A DNA stretch of 64,000 nucleotides from Candidatus Bathyarchaeota archaeon B26-2 (GTDB taxonomy: Archaea; Thermoproteota; Bathyarchaeia; Bathyarchaeales; B26-1). A model generated the notes under the pieces. That model did not search any database and was not told the DNA's origin. It saw only the letters and a list, made by a program, of their open reading frames with translations. Below are positions 45,559-54,326 of the stretch, in pieces (the first letter of the stretch is position 1; every line of letters starts with the position of its first letter). The stretch covers positions 1,290-65,289 of the forward strand of contig LUCE01000002.1 in the NCBI GenBank assembly GCA_001593935.1. Direction: 5' to 3'. A program made the position numbers and the translations under genes.

Positions 45559-46535
45559 GCAGATAGGACCTCTGCGAGCCTGTAGAGTCTCATGTCAAGT
45601 TCTTTCTGTCCTTTCCAAGAGTAGTCGAGGTCTACTGAGATTATTTTTCCTCCTCTGATCCCTACCATCTCTCTCTTGGCCCCTTCGAGGAGCAGGTCTA
45701 TAGCTTTACTTCCAAACTCGCATGCGAGAACCCGGCTGCGGGCCGTTGGGGAGCCGCCTCTCTGAATGTGGCCTAGTACGGTTAGGCGGACTTCATATCC
45801 TGTCTCCTTCCCTATGTGGGAGACTATGGCTCTCGAGTCTCCGGCTCCCTCAGCCATCACTATGATCTCGGAGGTCTTTCCCTCGCTTCGAGCCTTCTTG
45901 AGTTTTCTGCAGATGTCTTCTATTCGGAACTCTATCTCGGGGACGAGTATGACCTCTGCCCCCTCGGCGAGCCCAACCTCTAAGGCTAGGAACCCCCTCC
46001 GGCGGCCCATGACCTCGACGACGAAGACCCTCTCGTGGGATGTGGCTGTGTCCCTTATTCTGTCTATAGCGAAGAGGGCGGTGTTGACGGCCGTATCAAA
46101 GCCTATCGTGGTGTCTGTTCCCGCGACGTCGTTATCGATCGTCGCTGGGACGCCGATCACAGGAACTCCGCTGACCTTGTAGAGTTCGCTTGCACCCCTA
46201 AAGGTTCCATCTCCACCGATCGCTACAAGCCCGTCAAGTCTGTGGCTCTTAAGAGTCTCCGAGGCCTTCTCTAGGCCTTCAGGGGTCTTCATTCTCTCGC
46301 ATCGAATCGTTTTGAGGATTGTTCCCCCGAGGTTGATTATTCCGCTTACTGACCTCGGTCCCATGCGACGGAACTTATCGTCTATGAGCCCGGCGTATCC
46401 CCTCTCGAACCCTATAACCTCTAGACCGTTATGCAGGGCTGACCGAACTATCGCCCTTATCGCGGCGTTCATCCCTGGGGCGTCTCCACCGGCCGTAACC
46501 ACACCGATCCTTCTCATGCCAGAACACCGTCCCAC
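45555..46535 (-). CDS. pfkA: ATP-dependent 6-phosphofructokinase (PfkA family)
   Basis: RIGVVTAGGDAPGMNAAIRA, IGGDGTF, PATIDND, MGR and GHIQRGG. Confidence 0.9.
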   Translation of the reverse strand: MGRCSGMRRIGVVTAGGDAPGMNAAIRAIVRSALHNGLEVIGFERGYAGLIDDKFRRMGPRSVSGIINLGGTILKTIRCERMKTPEGLEKASETLKSHRLDGLVAIGGDGTFRGASELYKVSGVPVIGVPATIDNDVAGTDTTIGFDTAVNTALFAIDRIRDTATSHERVFVVEVMGRRRGFLALEVGLAEGAEVILVPEIEFRIEDICRKLKKARSEGKTSEIIVMAEGAGDSRAIVSHIGKETGYEVRLTVLGHIQRGGSPTARSRVLACEFGSKAIDLLLEGAKREMVGIRGGKIISVDLDYSWKGQKELDMRLYRLAEVLSA

Positions 46536-46742
46536 AGATCAAAACAACACGCTTACAGGCTAATCTTATGGTCCGAGACGCCTTATAAACGGTTTAGAAG
46601 ATTGATCTGCTTGTGAATACTCCGATGGTTTATGTCTCCCCTTTTTGGGTTGAAGTCTCAGCCTTGTCTCAAAATATTCATTAGGCGCCGGTCAATATTC
46701 TTGGTCGAGTTGGAACGGTTTACGTCGTGAGGATGGCTCGGA

Positions 46743-48050
46743 ATGGCGGAAGTGTTCTTAGATGTATCTCGAATCCTCTCCGGCGGGTTTGAAGGGGAGA
46801 GGGTTAGGGTTAGAGGGTGGCTTCATAACAAGAGGTCTAGCGGGGGGATACACTTCCTCCTCCTTAGGGATGGAACGGGCATAATTCAGTGCACCATGAA
46901 GAGGGACGCTGTGGACAGCCGTCAATTCGAGCTGGCAAAAGAGATCACCCAAGAATCCTCGATCGAGCTGACTGGGATTGTCAGGAGAGACACGCGGGCG
47001 CCAGGAGGATACGAGATAGCCGTCGAGGAGCTGAAGGTCATCCACATGGCTGAGGAGGGCTTCCCAATAGCCAAGAAGTATCATGGACCAGAGTTCCTCT
47101 TAGACCACCGCCACCTATGGATAAGGAGCCGTAAGATGCAGAATATACTCCGTGTCAGAGCCAAGTTTCTAGAGGCCGCTAGGGAGTGGTTCAAGCTAAA
47201 TGGGTACACCGAGTTCCATTCACCTATCCTCATAACGGCTGCGTGTGAAGGGGGAGCCACACTCTTCCCTGTTAAGTACTTTGATATGGAGGCGTACTTA
47301 ACCCAGAGCTGGCAGCTCTACGCGGAGGCCGCCATAGCCAGTCTGGGTAAGATATACACGGTGGCGCCTTCCTTCAGGGCTGAGAAGTCGAGGACTAGGC
47401 GTCACTTAACTGAGTACTGGCATCTGGAGGTCGAGATACCTTGGTGCGGTCTAGACGGAATAATGGAGGTTGAGGAGGAGCTACTGAGTTACGTATGCCG
47501 TAAATTGGTTGAGGAGTCCTCAAGGGAACTCAAGGAGCTGGGAAGAGAAGTAGAGGACCTCTTGAGGGTGGAGCCTCCCTTCGAGAGGCTCACTTACGAC
47601 GAGGCTGTTGAGATGCTTCACGAGGATGGCTTCGAGTTCGAGTGGGGGAAGGACCTCGGCAGAGTTGAGGAGAGGCATCTGGCCTTGAAGTTCGATAAAC
47701 CCTTCTTCATCACTCATTACCCAACTAGCGCTAAGGCGTTCTACCATAAGCCCGACCCGAACCGTCCAGACGTGACGCTCTCAGTCGACTTGATGGCTCC
47801 TGAAGGGTACGGAGAGATAACGGGGGGTGGACAGAGGATAGACAGCCTAGACGAGCTTCTGAGGAGAATCAAAGAGAACAACCTAGACCCCAAAGATTAC
47901 GAGTGGTACATAGACCTTAGGAGGTACGGTTCAGTCCCTCACGCAGGCTTCGGACTCGGGGTTGAGCGGACAGTCTCATGGATATGTAGACTCGACCACA
48001 TAAGGGACGCCATAGCCTTCCCAAGGCTGATAAATAGGGTTTACCCATAA
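46743..48050 (+). CDS. asnS: asparagine--tRNA ligase
   Basis: Class IIb motifs FRAE and GFGLGVER. YEWYIDLRRYGSVPH is AsnRS-typical. Confidence 0.8.
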   Translation: MAEVFLDVSRILSGGFEGERVRVRGWLHNKRSSGGIHFLLLRDGTGIIQCTMKRDAVDSRQFELAKEITQESSIELTGIVRRDTRAPGGYEIAVEELKVIHMAEEGFPIAKKYHGPEFLLDHRHLWIRSRKMQNILRVRAKFLEAAREWFKLNGYTEFHSPILITAACEGGATLFPVKYFDMEAYLTQSWQLYAEAAIASLGKIYTVAPSFRAEKSRTRRHLTEYWHLEVEIPWCGLDGIMEVEEELLSYVCRKLVEESSRELKELGREVEDLLRVEPPFERLTYDEAVEMLHEDGFEFEWGKDLGRVEERHLALKFDKPFFITHYPTSAKAFYHKPDPNRPDVTLSVDLMAPEGYGEITGGGQRIDSLDELLRRIKENNLDPKDYEWYIDLRRYGSVPHAGFGLGVERTVSWICRLDHIRDAIAFPRLINRVYP

Positions 48051-48068
48051 CAATAAGGGCGAAGAGCC

Positions 48069-48986
48069 GTGTCGTATAGAAGAGAGACTATGCACGCAGT
48101 TTTTCGTTGGGCTCCTTCGAGGCGGACCCTTCTAGCGGTCGCGGTATACTCACTCATCGCGCTCGCGTTGGAGTACTTCCTAACGGTGACGTTCATCACC
48201 CACGGCCTCTCTGAGGGAGAGATGCTCACGTTGAGCCTAAGGGTTCCCGCGTCCGACATCACTCTTACGGCTTCGGTGAGCCCCCTAATCCACCTGATAC
48301 CGGCGTGCGTCATGATAGCCTTAGTCTCGAGCTGGATGCACGTAACAGAGTACGCTCTTCGCATTCCGATGCGGAAACCAACGAAGTTCAGAGCGCCTAA
48401 GCGAGTTAGACGGAGCGTACGACGCGGGAGAAAGGGTCTCCTCTTCGCTGTTAGGAGGCGGCTGAAGCCCCTGATCGACCTTTGGGGTAGGGTCAAGTGG
48501 AAGGCGAGGTCTCCCTTCGTCTCGTTGTGGAGAAGCCTAGACCTTGGACGTGTCTCAGCTCGTCTCCAGAGGATGCCCTTCACAGTGGCCGCCGTTAAGG
48601 GGGCGCTGATAACACTCTTCGCCTTTTCCGTCCTAGCTGTGCTTGTCTACCTCTTGGAGTACCCCCAAACCCTATATGAGGCGACGGTCAATCTCTACCA
48701 AGGGAACCCGCTGCTCCTAAACCTTGTGTTTGGGCTTCATGAGGCGATTAGGGGCTTAGCAGTTGCCGTTGGACCCTTGGGCTGGCTTCCCTCCGCCGTG
48801 AACGACGCGCTTCTGAAATCGGCGCCGAGCTTCAAGAAAGCCTTAGACTTGTCGCTTAAGCCCGTACTTGAGGCGTTCTCCGGGCTGAACATTACGTGGA
48901 GGTACTTGGTATGCCAGAACCTAGCGGCATTGACGTCGGCGTCCATAGCTATCGTCTACGGGCGTTATAGAACCACAAAGCGATGA
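48069..48986 (+). CDS. membrane protein with long Arg/Lys-rich loop, unknown function
   Basis: Hydrophobic helices flank RIPMRKPTKFRAPKRVRRSVRRGRKG...RRRLKP. Preferred over the overlapping minus ORF 48041-48583. Confidence 0.4.
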   Translation: MSYRRETMHAVFRWAPSRRTLLAVAVYSLIALALEYFLTVTFITHGLSEGEMLTLSLRVPASDITLTASVSPLIHLIPACVMIALVSSWMHVTEYALRIPMRKPTKFRAPKRVRRSVRRGRKGLLFAVRRRLKPLIDLWGRVKWKARSPFVSLWRSLDLGRVSARLQRMPFTVAAVKGALITLFAFSVLAVLVYLLEYPQTLYEATVNLYQGNPLLLNLVFGLHEAIRGLAVAVGPLGWLPSAVNDALLKSAPSFKKALDLSLKPVLEAFSGLNITWRYLVCQNLAALTSASIAIVYGRYRTTKR

Positions 48987-49157
48987 GGCGGCTGAAGGGC
49001 TCACGTTCTATAAGAGTAATTTCTTGTCTTCCTCTTTGGAGAGTTACGTTCAGACCTAAACCTTTATCGAGGAAATGTGGAGATAGTAGTAAGAGTCTTA
49101 AGGGATGAACGAACCCAGATGTGAGGTCGCTTATCTAACGGGAAGGACGCGTGGGCC

Positions 49158-51089
49158 TTGAGAGAGGTGGTCGTTGGAATAATCGGCTGTGGAACGGTTG
49201 CGGAGTCTATACATCTCCCTGCTCTGAAGATGATCTCTGAGATTGAGATTGGAGCTCTAGCGGACATAGATGAGAGGAGAGCCTCACACCTCCTGGAAAA
49301 GTTCCACTTAGAGGACGCCTCGGTCCACAGAGATTACCGGGATCTCCTGAAGAACCCGGAGATCGAGGCGGTCTGGGTTCTAACCCCTCCGAGGTTCCAC
49401 GCCGAGATCTCTCTCGAGGCCCTGAAGAACGGGAAGCACGTCCTCGTCGAGAAGCCTTTGGCCACTAGCCTTGAGGAAGCCGAGGTCATTAGGGAGACCC
49501 TGAGGAAACATGGCGCCGGGGGATGTGGAGACCGACCCAAGGGACCGGTTCTCATGCCCGCTCACAACTTCGCCTTCACCCCATGCTTCGAAAGGGCGCT
49601 CGATCTTCTAGAAGGAGACGCTTTAGGTGACATTAAGGAGATTAGGGGACGAACGGTCTCGAACCTCGCCTTCTACAAGGCTAGGACAGACTTCAGGCTT
49701 CAAGCTAAGGGCGGAGTGATCGAGGACCAGATGCCCCACATCCTATACTTGGCTAGGAGGGTTGGAGGCCCGTTTCGGAGGGTTCTCTCGCTTGAGCCGT
49801 ATGGTGAGGGGAGACCCCTGATTGAGGACGCTCGGGTGAGGGCTGAGCTCGGAGATGGGGTGAAGGCGGACCTCTCAGCTGCTTGGTCAGGGTTTATTCC
49901 AACCTTTAAGCTCACGGTCGTTGGAGATGAAGGTCGGCTAGAGATGGATCTCCTCAGGAGACCCTACAACCTCACGGTCTTTAGAGGTGACGAACGTGAG
50001 GAGATTAAGTTGGGTCGGGGCTTCCTCCAGTATCTAGACGTCTTGAGGGGTAGACATCCGTCTTATCTTAGGGAGGACCTCCACTTCGTCGAGGTTGTGA
50101 GGGGTGAGGCTGAGCAGAGGATAACCGTAGACGAAGGCGTCGAGGTTGTGAGGGTTCTGGACGAGATTATGGAGGTCCTTGAGAGCCGACCTAAACCCTC
50201 AGTTGGGATGGAGAGAGTTGCTCTGGTCCGTGTTGAGGACGGGGACGTGAAGAGGGCGATTCGCGAGTCCATAGCCCTCCTCGGAGGCCTAAACTTTAAG
50301 AGTGGGTCTCACGTAATCGTCAAGCCTAACATCTGTTTCTGGAAGAACACCGAGAACATGGTTATAACGGACCCGAGGATACTTAGGGCTGTTCTGGAGA
50401 TTCTGGATGAGAGAACAGACCAGATCACCGTCGTCGAGTCTGATAACAACTCCGGCCCAGCCGAGAAGCGGGCTGAGAAGACCGGGGTTCTAGAGGTGGT
50501 CGAGGAGTGTGGAGCCGAGTTCCTGAACCTAAGCCATGACGAGTACGTTGAACACGAGGTCGCCGGCTTCAAGATAAGGCTTCCAAAGACCGTTCTGGAC
50601 GCGGACTACCTCGTTAACCTCCCGAAGATGAAGACCTGTAATGTAGCCAACACGTTGATCACGGTAGCGATGAAGAATATGTTCGGGGTCATAGCCGACA
50701 AGAAGAAGGTCCGACTCCACAAGAGGCTGGTTGATGTTCTCCTATACGTGAATAGGACTATCCGCCAAGACCTCATCATAGTCGACGGCGTAACGGCCAT
50801 GGAGGGACTCGGCCCAATATGGGGAACCCCGGTCCAGCTCAACCTCATAGTCGCCGGAAGAAACCCAGCGACCGTTGATACGCTCTGCTGCCACATCATG
50901 GGGATAAATCCCTACTCGGTTGAGGTTCTCTGGAGAGCCTACAAATCCGGCATGAGCGAGATAAATATAGAGCGTATAGAGGTCCTCGGCGAGAAGGTTG
51001 GAGATGTGAAGAGAAGATTCTCATACCCAATCTTCCTAAAGAAGAACATCACAGGGGCAATAAGGACGGCTCTAAAGACGTACCTATAA
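49158..51089 (+). CDS. fusion protein: Gfo/Idh/MocA oxidoreductase (N) + DUF362 (C)
   Basis: N-terminal half has GIIGCGTVAESIH and LVEKPLA. The C-terminal ~290 aa have VIVKPNICF...ITDPRIL...LPKMKTCNVA...MKNMFG...IVDGVTAMEGLGP, the DUF362 pattern. Confidence 0.75.
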   Translation: MREVVVGIIGCGTVAESIHLPALKMISEIEIGALADIDERRASHLLEKFHLEDASVHRDYRDLLKNPEIEAVWVLTPPRFHAEISLEALKNGKHVLVEKPLATSLEEAEVIRETLRKHGAGGCGDRPKGPVLMPAHNFAFTPCFERALDLLEGDALGDIKEIRGRTVSNLAFYKARTDFRLQAKGGVIEDQMPHILYLARRVGGPFRRVLSLEPYGEGRPLIEDARVRAELGDGVKADLSAAWSGFIPTFKLTVVGDEGRLEMDLLRRPYNLTVFRGDEREEIKLGRGFLQYLDVLRGRHPSYLREDLHFVEVVRGEAEQRITVDEGVEVVRVLDEIMEVLESRPKPSVGMERVALVRVEDGDVKRAIRESIALLGGLNFKSGSHVIVKPNICFWKNTENMVITDPRILRAVLEILDERTDQITVVESDNNSGPAEKRAEKTGVLEVVEECGAEFLNLSHDEYVEHEVAGFKIRLPKTVLDADYLVNLPKMKTCNVANTLITVAMKNMFGVIADKKKVRLHKRLVDVLLYVNRTIRQDLIIVDGVTAMEGLGPIWGTPVQLNLIVAGRNPATVDTLCCHIMGINPYSVEVLWRAYKSGMSEINIERIEVLGEKVGDVKRRFSYPIFLKKNITGAIRTALKTYL

Positions 51090-51157
51090 CTGTCTGGAAC
51101 GGGACTTCCTCTGGGTGGGAGTTGACGGTATTAACCACGAAGCATGTTAAGGACGTT

Positions 51158-51553
51158 CTACTGGTCTGAGATTCTCTCCAGCTTGAAGATCACCGGTCTA
51201 TAACCGTCTGTGCAGCACGTAACGAAGAGTCTAGGTCCTCCTCGAGCCATCCCCCAAACGATCTTCTGTATATCGGCCCACGCCCAACCGCAGAAGCCCT
51301 TGGGCATAACCCAAGGTGTGTCCTTAGACACTGTAAACTCTTGCCCCTCCTTGAACTTCTGGCATGGTCTCCAGCCTGAGGGGTTCTCCGTATACTTCTC
51401 CACCAAATCCTTGTGGAAGAGCCTCTTTACCACCGTGATCTTGACCTCGTAACGTTCTGGAAACAATTCCACAAACCACCATAATTCAAGTATTCCAAGT
51501 ATTCCAATCCCTACTTTAATATTTCTTCTTGACACCTCCGGGGGAAGGCTCAC
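51158..51553 (-). CDS. TIGR04076-like small Cys-rich protein (start uncertain)
   Basis: VKITVVKRLFHKDLVEKY...PCQKFKEGQEF...PKGFCGWAWADI...CCTDGYRPVIFKLERI matches my recollection of TIGR04076. The ORF carries an extra ~33-aa hydrophobic leader, and GTG or TTG alternative starts sit near FVELF. Confidence 0.6.
   Translation of the reverse strand: MSLPPEVSRRNIKVGIGILGILELWWFVELFPERYEVKITVVKRLFHKDLVEKYTENPSGWRPCQKFKEGQEFTVSKDTPWVMPKGFCGWAWADIQKIVWGMARGGPRLFVTCCTDGYRPVIFKLERISDQ
51487..51507. repeat. 9-bp tandem repeat CAAGTATTC x2.3
   Basis: CAAGTATTC CAAGTATTC CAA read directly. In the ORF frame it encodes GIL-GIL. Confidence 0.8.
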
Positions 51554-51571
51554 TCAGGGTCTACGGGTCCG

Positions 51572-53578
51572 TTAAACTGAACGACCGGTTAGGTTCTCCT
51601 CCAAGAGGTTGAGTATTTCTCCGGCCAGTTCGGCTTTCTTCCCATCGAAGTCTCGAACTCTACCTCTCTGGTCTATTAGGTACGCCTTATGGCATTCGCC
51701 TCTTATCTCTGATAGGTCGTTGGCGACGATTATTGCGGCTTTGACTCTCTCAAGTTCGTCTTGAGCTCTCCTTATGAGCTCCTCTCTGGAGACCTTATAC
51801 TCAAGTTTGAAGCCGACTATCCTCACGTCCGGATATCTCCTAGAGACCTCGCCTATAACCTTGACCGTCGGGATGAGGTTAACGGTCCACTCGGCTCCGG
51901 ACTTAACCTTCTCTGCTTCGTATGTGGCGGGCTTGAAGTCGAGTATGGCGGCTGAGAAGACCGCAACTTCGTATCTTCCGGTCTCGAGCTCAGTCAGGGC
52001 CGCCTTCAGCATCTCCTCAACCGTGTAGACCTTCACGACCGGTATATACTCAGGGAATCTCACAGTCCCAGGCCCATATATGACCTTGACCTCGCAGCCT
52101 CTCTGGAACGCCTCCTTCGCTAGCCAGTACCCGATCTTACCCGAAGCCTTGTTGGATACGTACCTAACCGGGTCTATGTCGTAGCGTGTCGGGCCGGTGA
52201 GGATGAGGATTCCTCTACCCTTCAAGATGCTTGTTGAGAGGCTTCTGATGACGTAATCTACCGCCTTCTCCACAGAGGCGACCTTGGCGGCCCCCTCACT
52301 TATCCTCGGCTCAACTAAGGTTACGCCGAGCCTCTTAAGCCTCTTTAATGCCTCCCTAAAAGCCGCGTTCATATAGAGCCTCAAGTTCATGGCTGGAGCT
52401 ACAACGAGACGAGTCGGACTGGTCGAAGCGCAGAGCGTCGTAACAGCATTATCAGCTACACCCCGGGCAACTTTACAAACCGTATTCAACGTCGCAGGAT
52501 AGACCAAGACAAGGTCGTAATCCACCAAGTGTTCAGCCGCACCTGTGAGCCCCAAGACGACCGGCCTCCCAGTCGCCCACTCCATAACCTTCGGGCTTAC
52601 GCCATACTCAACGGCGGCCGAGGTCATGTAACATTGTACCTCAGCGCCGTGTCTCCTGAGCCATCTAGCCAGCTTGGGAGCTTCAATCGTTGCGACACTC
52701 CCAGTTAGGCAGAGTGCCACCCTCTTACCGGAGAGCTTCATGCTCTCCTTGGAGAGTTCGATAACTGGAGCAGCGGCGTCCACAGTGGTGTAGGCGGCGT
52801 CTCCACCACCTTTAGGGAGTATGTGACTGTAATCTAGGAACCGGCCTTCACAGGGGTTTCCCCGGCAGTAGAGGATTCTAGAGTCTCCCAGATTCTTGGC
52901 TACAGCCATGATAGTTGAGGAAGACATGTACCAACCGACCTCCCCATGGTAGCAGATCGAACCCCTACCACGCTCCTCTCCATGGTCGGAGGCCACGCGT
53001 CTCAACTCCTCGAGAACTCCTTTCAGCCCTTTAGGTTCAATCTGGGAGGCGAGCTCTACCGCTCGCTTTCTTCTCATCTCCACGTACTTCATGAGGTCTT
53101 CGGGAACCCGCTCAGTTCTGACCCATTCTTTAACAGTCAGGTTTGTGAAGATGTGTACGCCGGGGTTTAGAGGCGTAATCTCTACTCTCTCATCTTTGAG
53201 TATATGGAACGCCTCCCTCGAATCGGCTAGGAGAAAGTTTCCCCTCCTGTACCCTTTGGTGAGCTCCATCTCCATGTAATCTGCAGCCTCAGAAGCCTTA
53301 GAGAAGTGGGTTAAGACATCCATCAGGAGGAGGCCCCTACTCCTATAGGCTTTTAAGGGTCCATCTGTATGCTGGTCGGTAGCAGCGGCGAAGAGACCTA
53401 CTTTGTTAAAGCCTACCCACGTTCCCTTGGAGGATGCGTCCACCGGATGATAAGCCTCGAACCTACCTTTAGATACTCTAGGCGGCTCCTCGAATGACCC
53501 TGTTCTGGCGTAGCGGTTATGCATCGCCACAACGTGGAAGCCTTCTAGAAGCCGATACAACATTATCAGAGTGCACAT
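51572..53578 (-). CDS. coaBC: NRDE/TANGO2-like domain fused to phosphopantothenoylcysteine decarboxylase/phosphopantothenate-cysteine ligase (CoaBC)
   Basis: Residues 1 to ~255 start MC and contain KGTWVGFNKVGLFAAATD and RGNFLLADS (NRDE-like). Residues ~280-450 have KRVALCLTGSVA, PATLNT and APAMN (CoaC). Residues ~455-668 have GPTRYDIDPVRYVSNKASGK and SAAILDF (CoaB). Confidence 0.8.
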   Translation of the reverse strand: MCTLIMLYRLLEGFHVVAMHNRYARTGSFEEPPRVSKGRFEAYHPVDASSKGTWVGFNKVGLFAAATDQHTDGPLKAYRSRGLLLMDVLTHFSKASEAADYMEMELTKGYRRGNFLLADSREAFHILKDERVEITPLNPGVHIFTNLTVKEWVRTERVPEDLMKYVEMRRKRAVELASQIEPKGLKGVLEELRRVASDHGEERGRGSICYHGEVGWYMSSSTIMAVAKNLGDSRILYCRGNPCEGRFLDYSHILPKGGGDAAYTTVDAAAPVIELSKESMKLSGKRVALCLTGSVATIEAPKLARWLRRHGAEVQCYMTSAAVEYGVSPKVMEWATGRPVVLGLTGAAEHLVDYDLVLVYPATLNTVCKVARGVADNAVTTLCASTSPTRLVVAPAMNLRLYMNAAFREALKRLKRLGVTLVEPRISEGAAKVASVEKAVDYVIRSLSTSILKGRGILILTGPTRYDIDPVRYVSNKASGKIGYWLAKEAFQRGCEVKVIYGPGTVRFPEYIPVVKVYTVEEMLKAALTELETGRYEVAVFSAAILDFKPATYEAEKVKSGAEWTVNLIPTVKVIGEVSRRYPDVRIVGFKLEYKVSREELIRRAQDELERVKAAIIVANDLSEIRGECHKAYLIDQRGRVRDFDGKKAELAGEILNLLEENLTGRSV

Positions 53579-53634
53579 ACCAAACTACTCTGCCCCAATC
53601 TCCTTAAAAAGGGTGCCTCGGCACCGGCTCCCCT

Positions 53635-54216
53635 CTACTCCAAGTCTGAGAGGATTACCCTCTTAACTCCCTTCCGGGTCATCTCCTCGACCGCTCTCTC
53701 ACTGTCTCCAGGTTGAACGTCGACTCCTTGTATGGCGTCTAATAGCAGGAAGGTCTCGAAGCCGTATCTAAGCGCGTCGAGAACTGTGCTCTTAACACAG
53801 TAGTCGGTTGCTAGCCCCCCAACGAAGACTCGTTTAACGCCTCGACTCTTCAAGTTCTCCTTGAGGTTTGTGCCCTCAAACCCTGAGTAGGCCTCCTTGT
53901 CGCGTTCTGTTGCCTTCGAGATTACTATGGTGTCGTCTGGAAGCTTAAGGTCGGGGTGAAACTCGGCGCCTCGTGTCCCTCGTATACAGTGAGGCGGCCA
54001 GTCGCCTCCATACTCCCTAAACGACTTGTGGTCTGGTGGATGCCAATCCCTCGTCGCGTATATGGGCGCCCCAACCTTCCTGAATCTCTCTATATACTCG
54101 TTCAGAACCGGGACGACCTCGTCACCCTTTGGGACGGGTAGGGCTCCTCCAGGACAGAAGTCCCTCTGAACGTCTACAACGATTAAGGCGTCTCCCTTAC
54201 CGATCTTAACCTTCAT
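53635..54216 (-). CDS. pncA: nicotinamidase/pyrazinamidase
   Basis: ALIVVDVQRDFCPGGALPV, TRDWHP and ATDYCV parallel P. horikoshii PncA. The ATG at 54216 is preceded by GGAGG. Confidence 0.85.
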   Translation of the reverse strand: MKVKIGKGDALIVVDVQRDFCPGGALPVPKGDEVVPVLNEYIERFRKVGAPIYATRDWHPPDHKSFREYGGDWPPHCIRGTRGAEFHPDLKLPDDTIVISKATERDKEAYSGFEGTNLKENLKSRGVKRVFVGGLATDYCVKSTVLDALRYGFETFLLLDAIQGVDVQPGDSERAVEEMTRKGVKRVILSDLE

Positions 54217-54326
54217 AGCCAACCTCCCAACGGCTCCGTCTCTTGAGATACACATCATAAAGGGAAGGAGGCAAAAAATAAACCTATAGTGAGAGTGAAT
54301 CGGCTCTAAGCCGAGAAGGAATCCCT

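Noticed and set aside
48041-48583. 180-aa minus-strand ORF
   Set aside because: It overlaps the asnS stop and the plus-strand membrane protein gene. It is Arg-rich with no structure-like features, so the plus ORF with TM helices is preferred, though only moderately.
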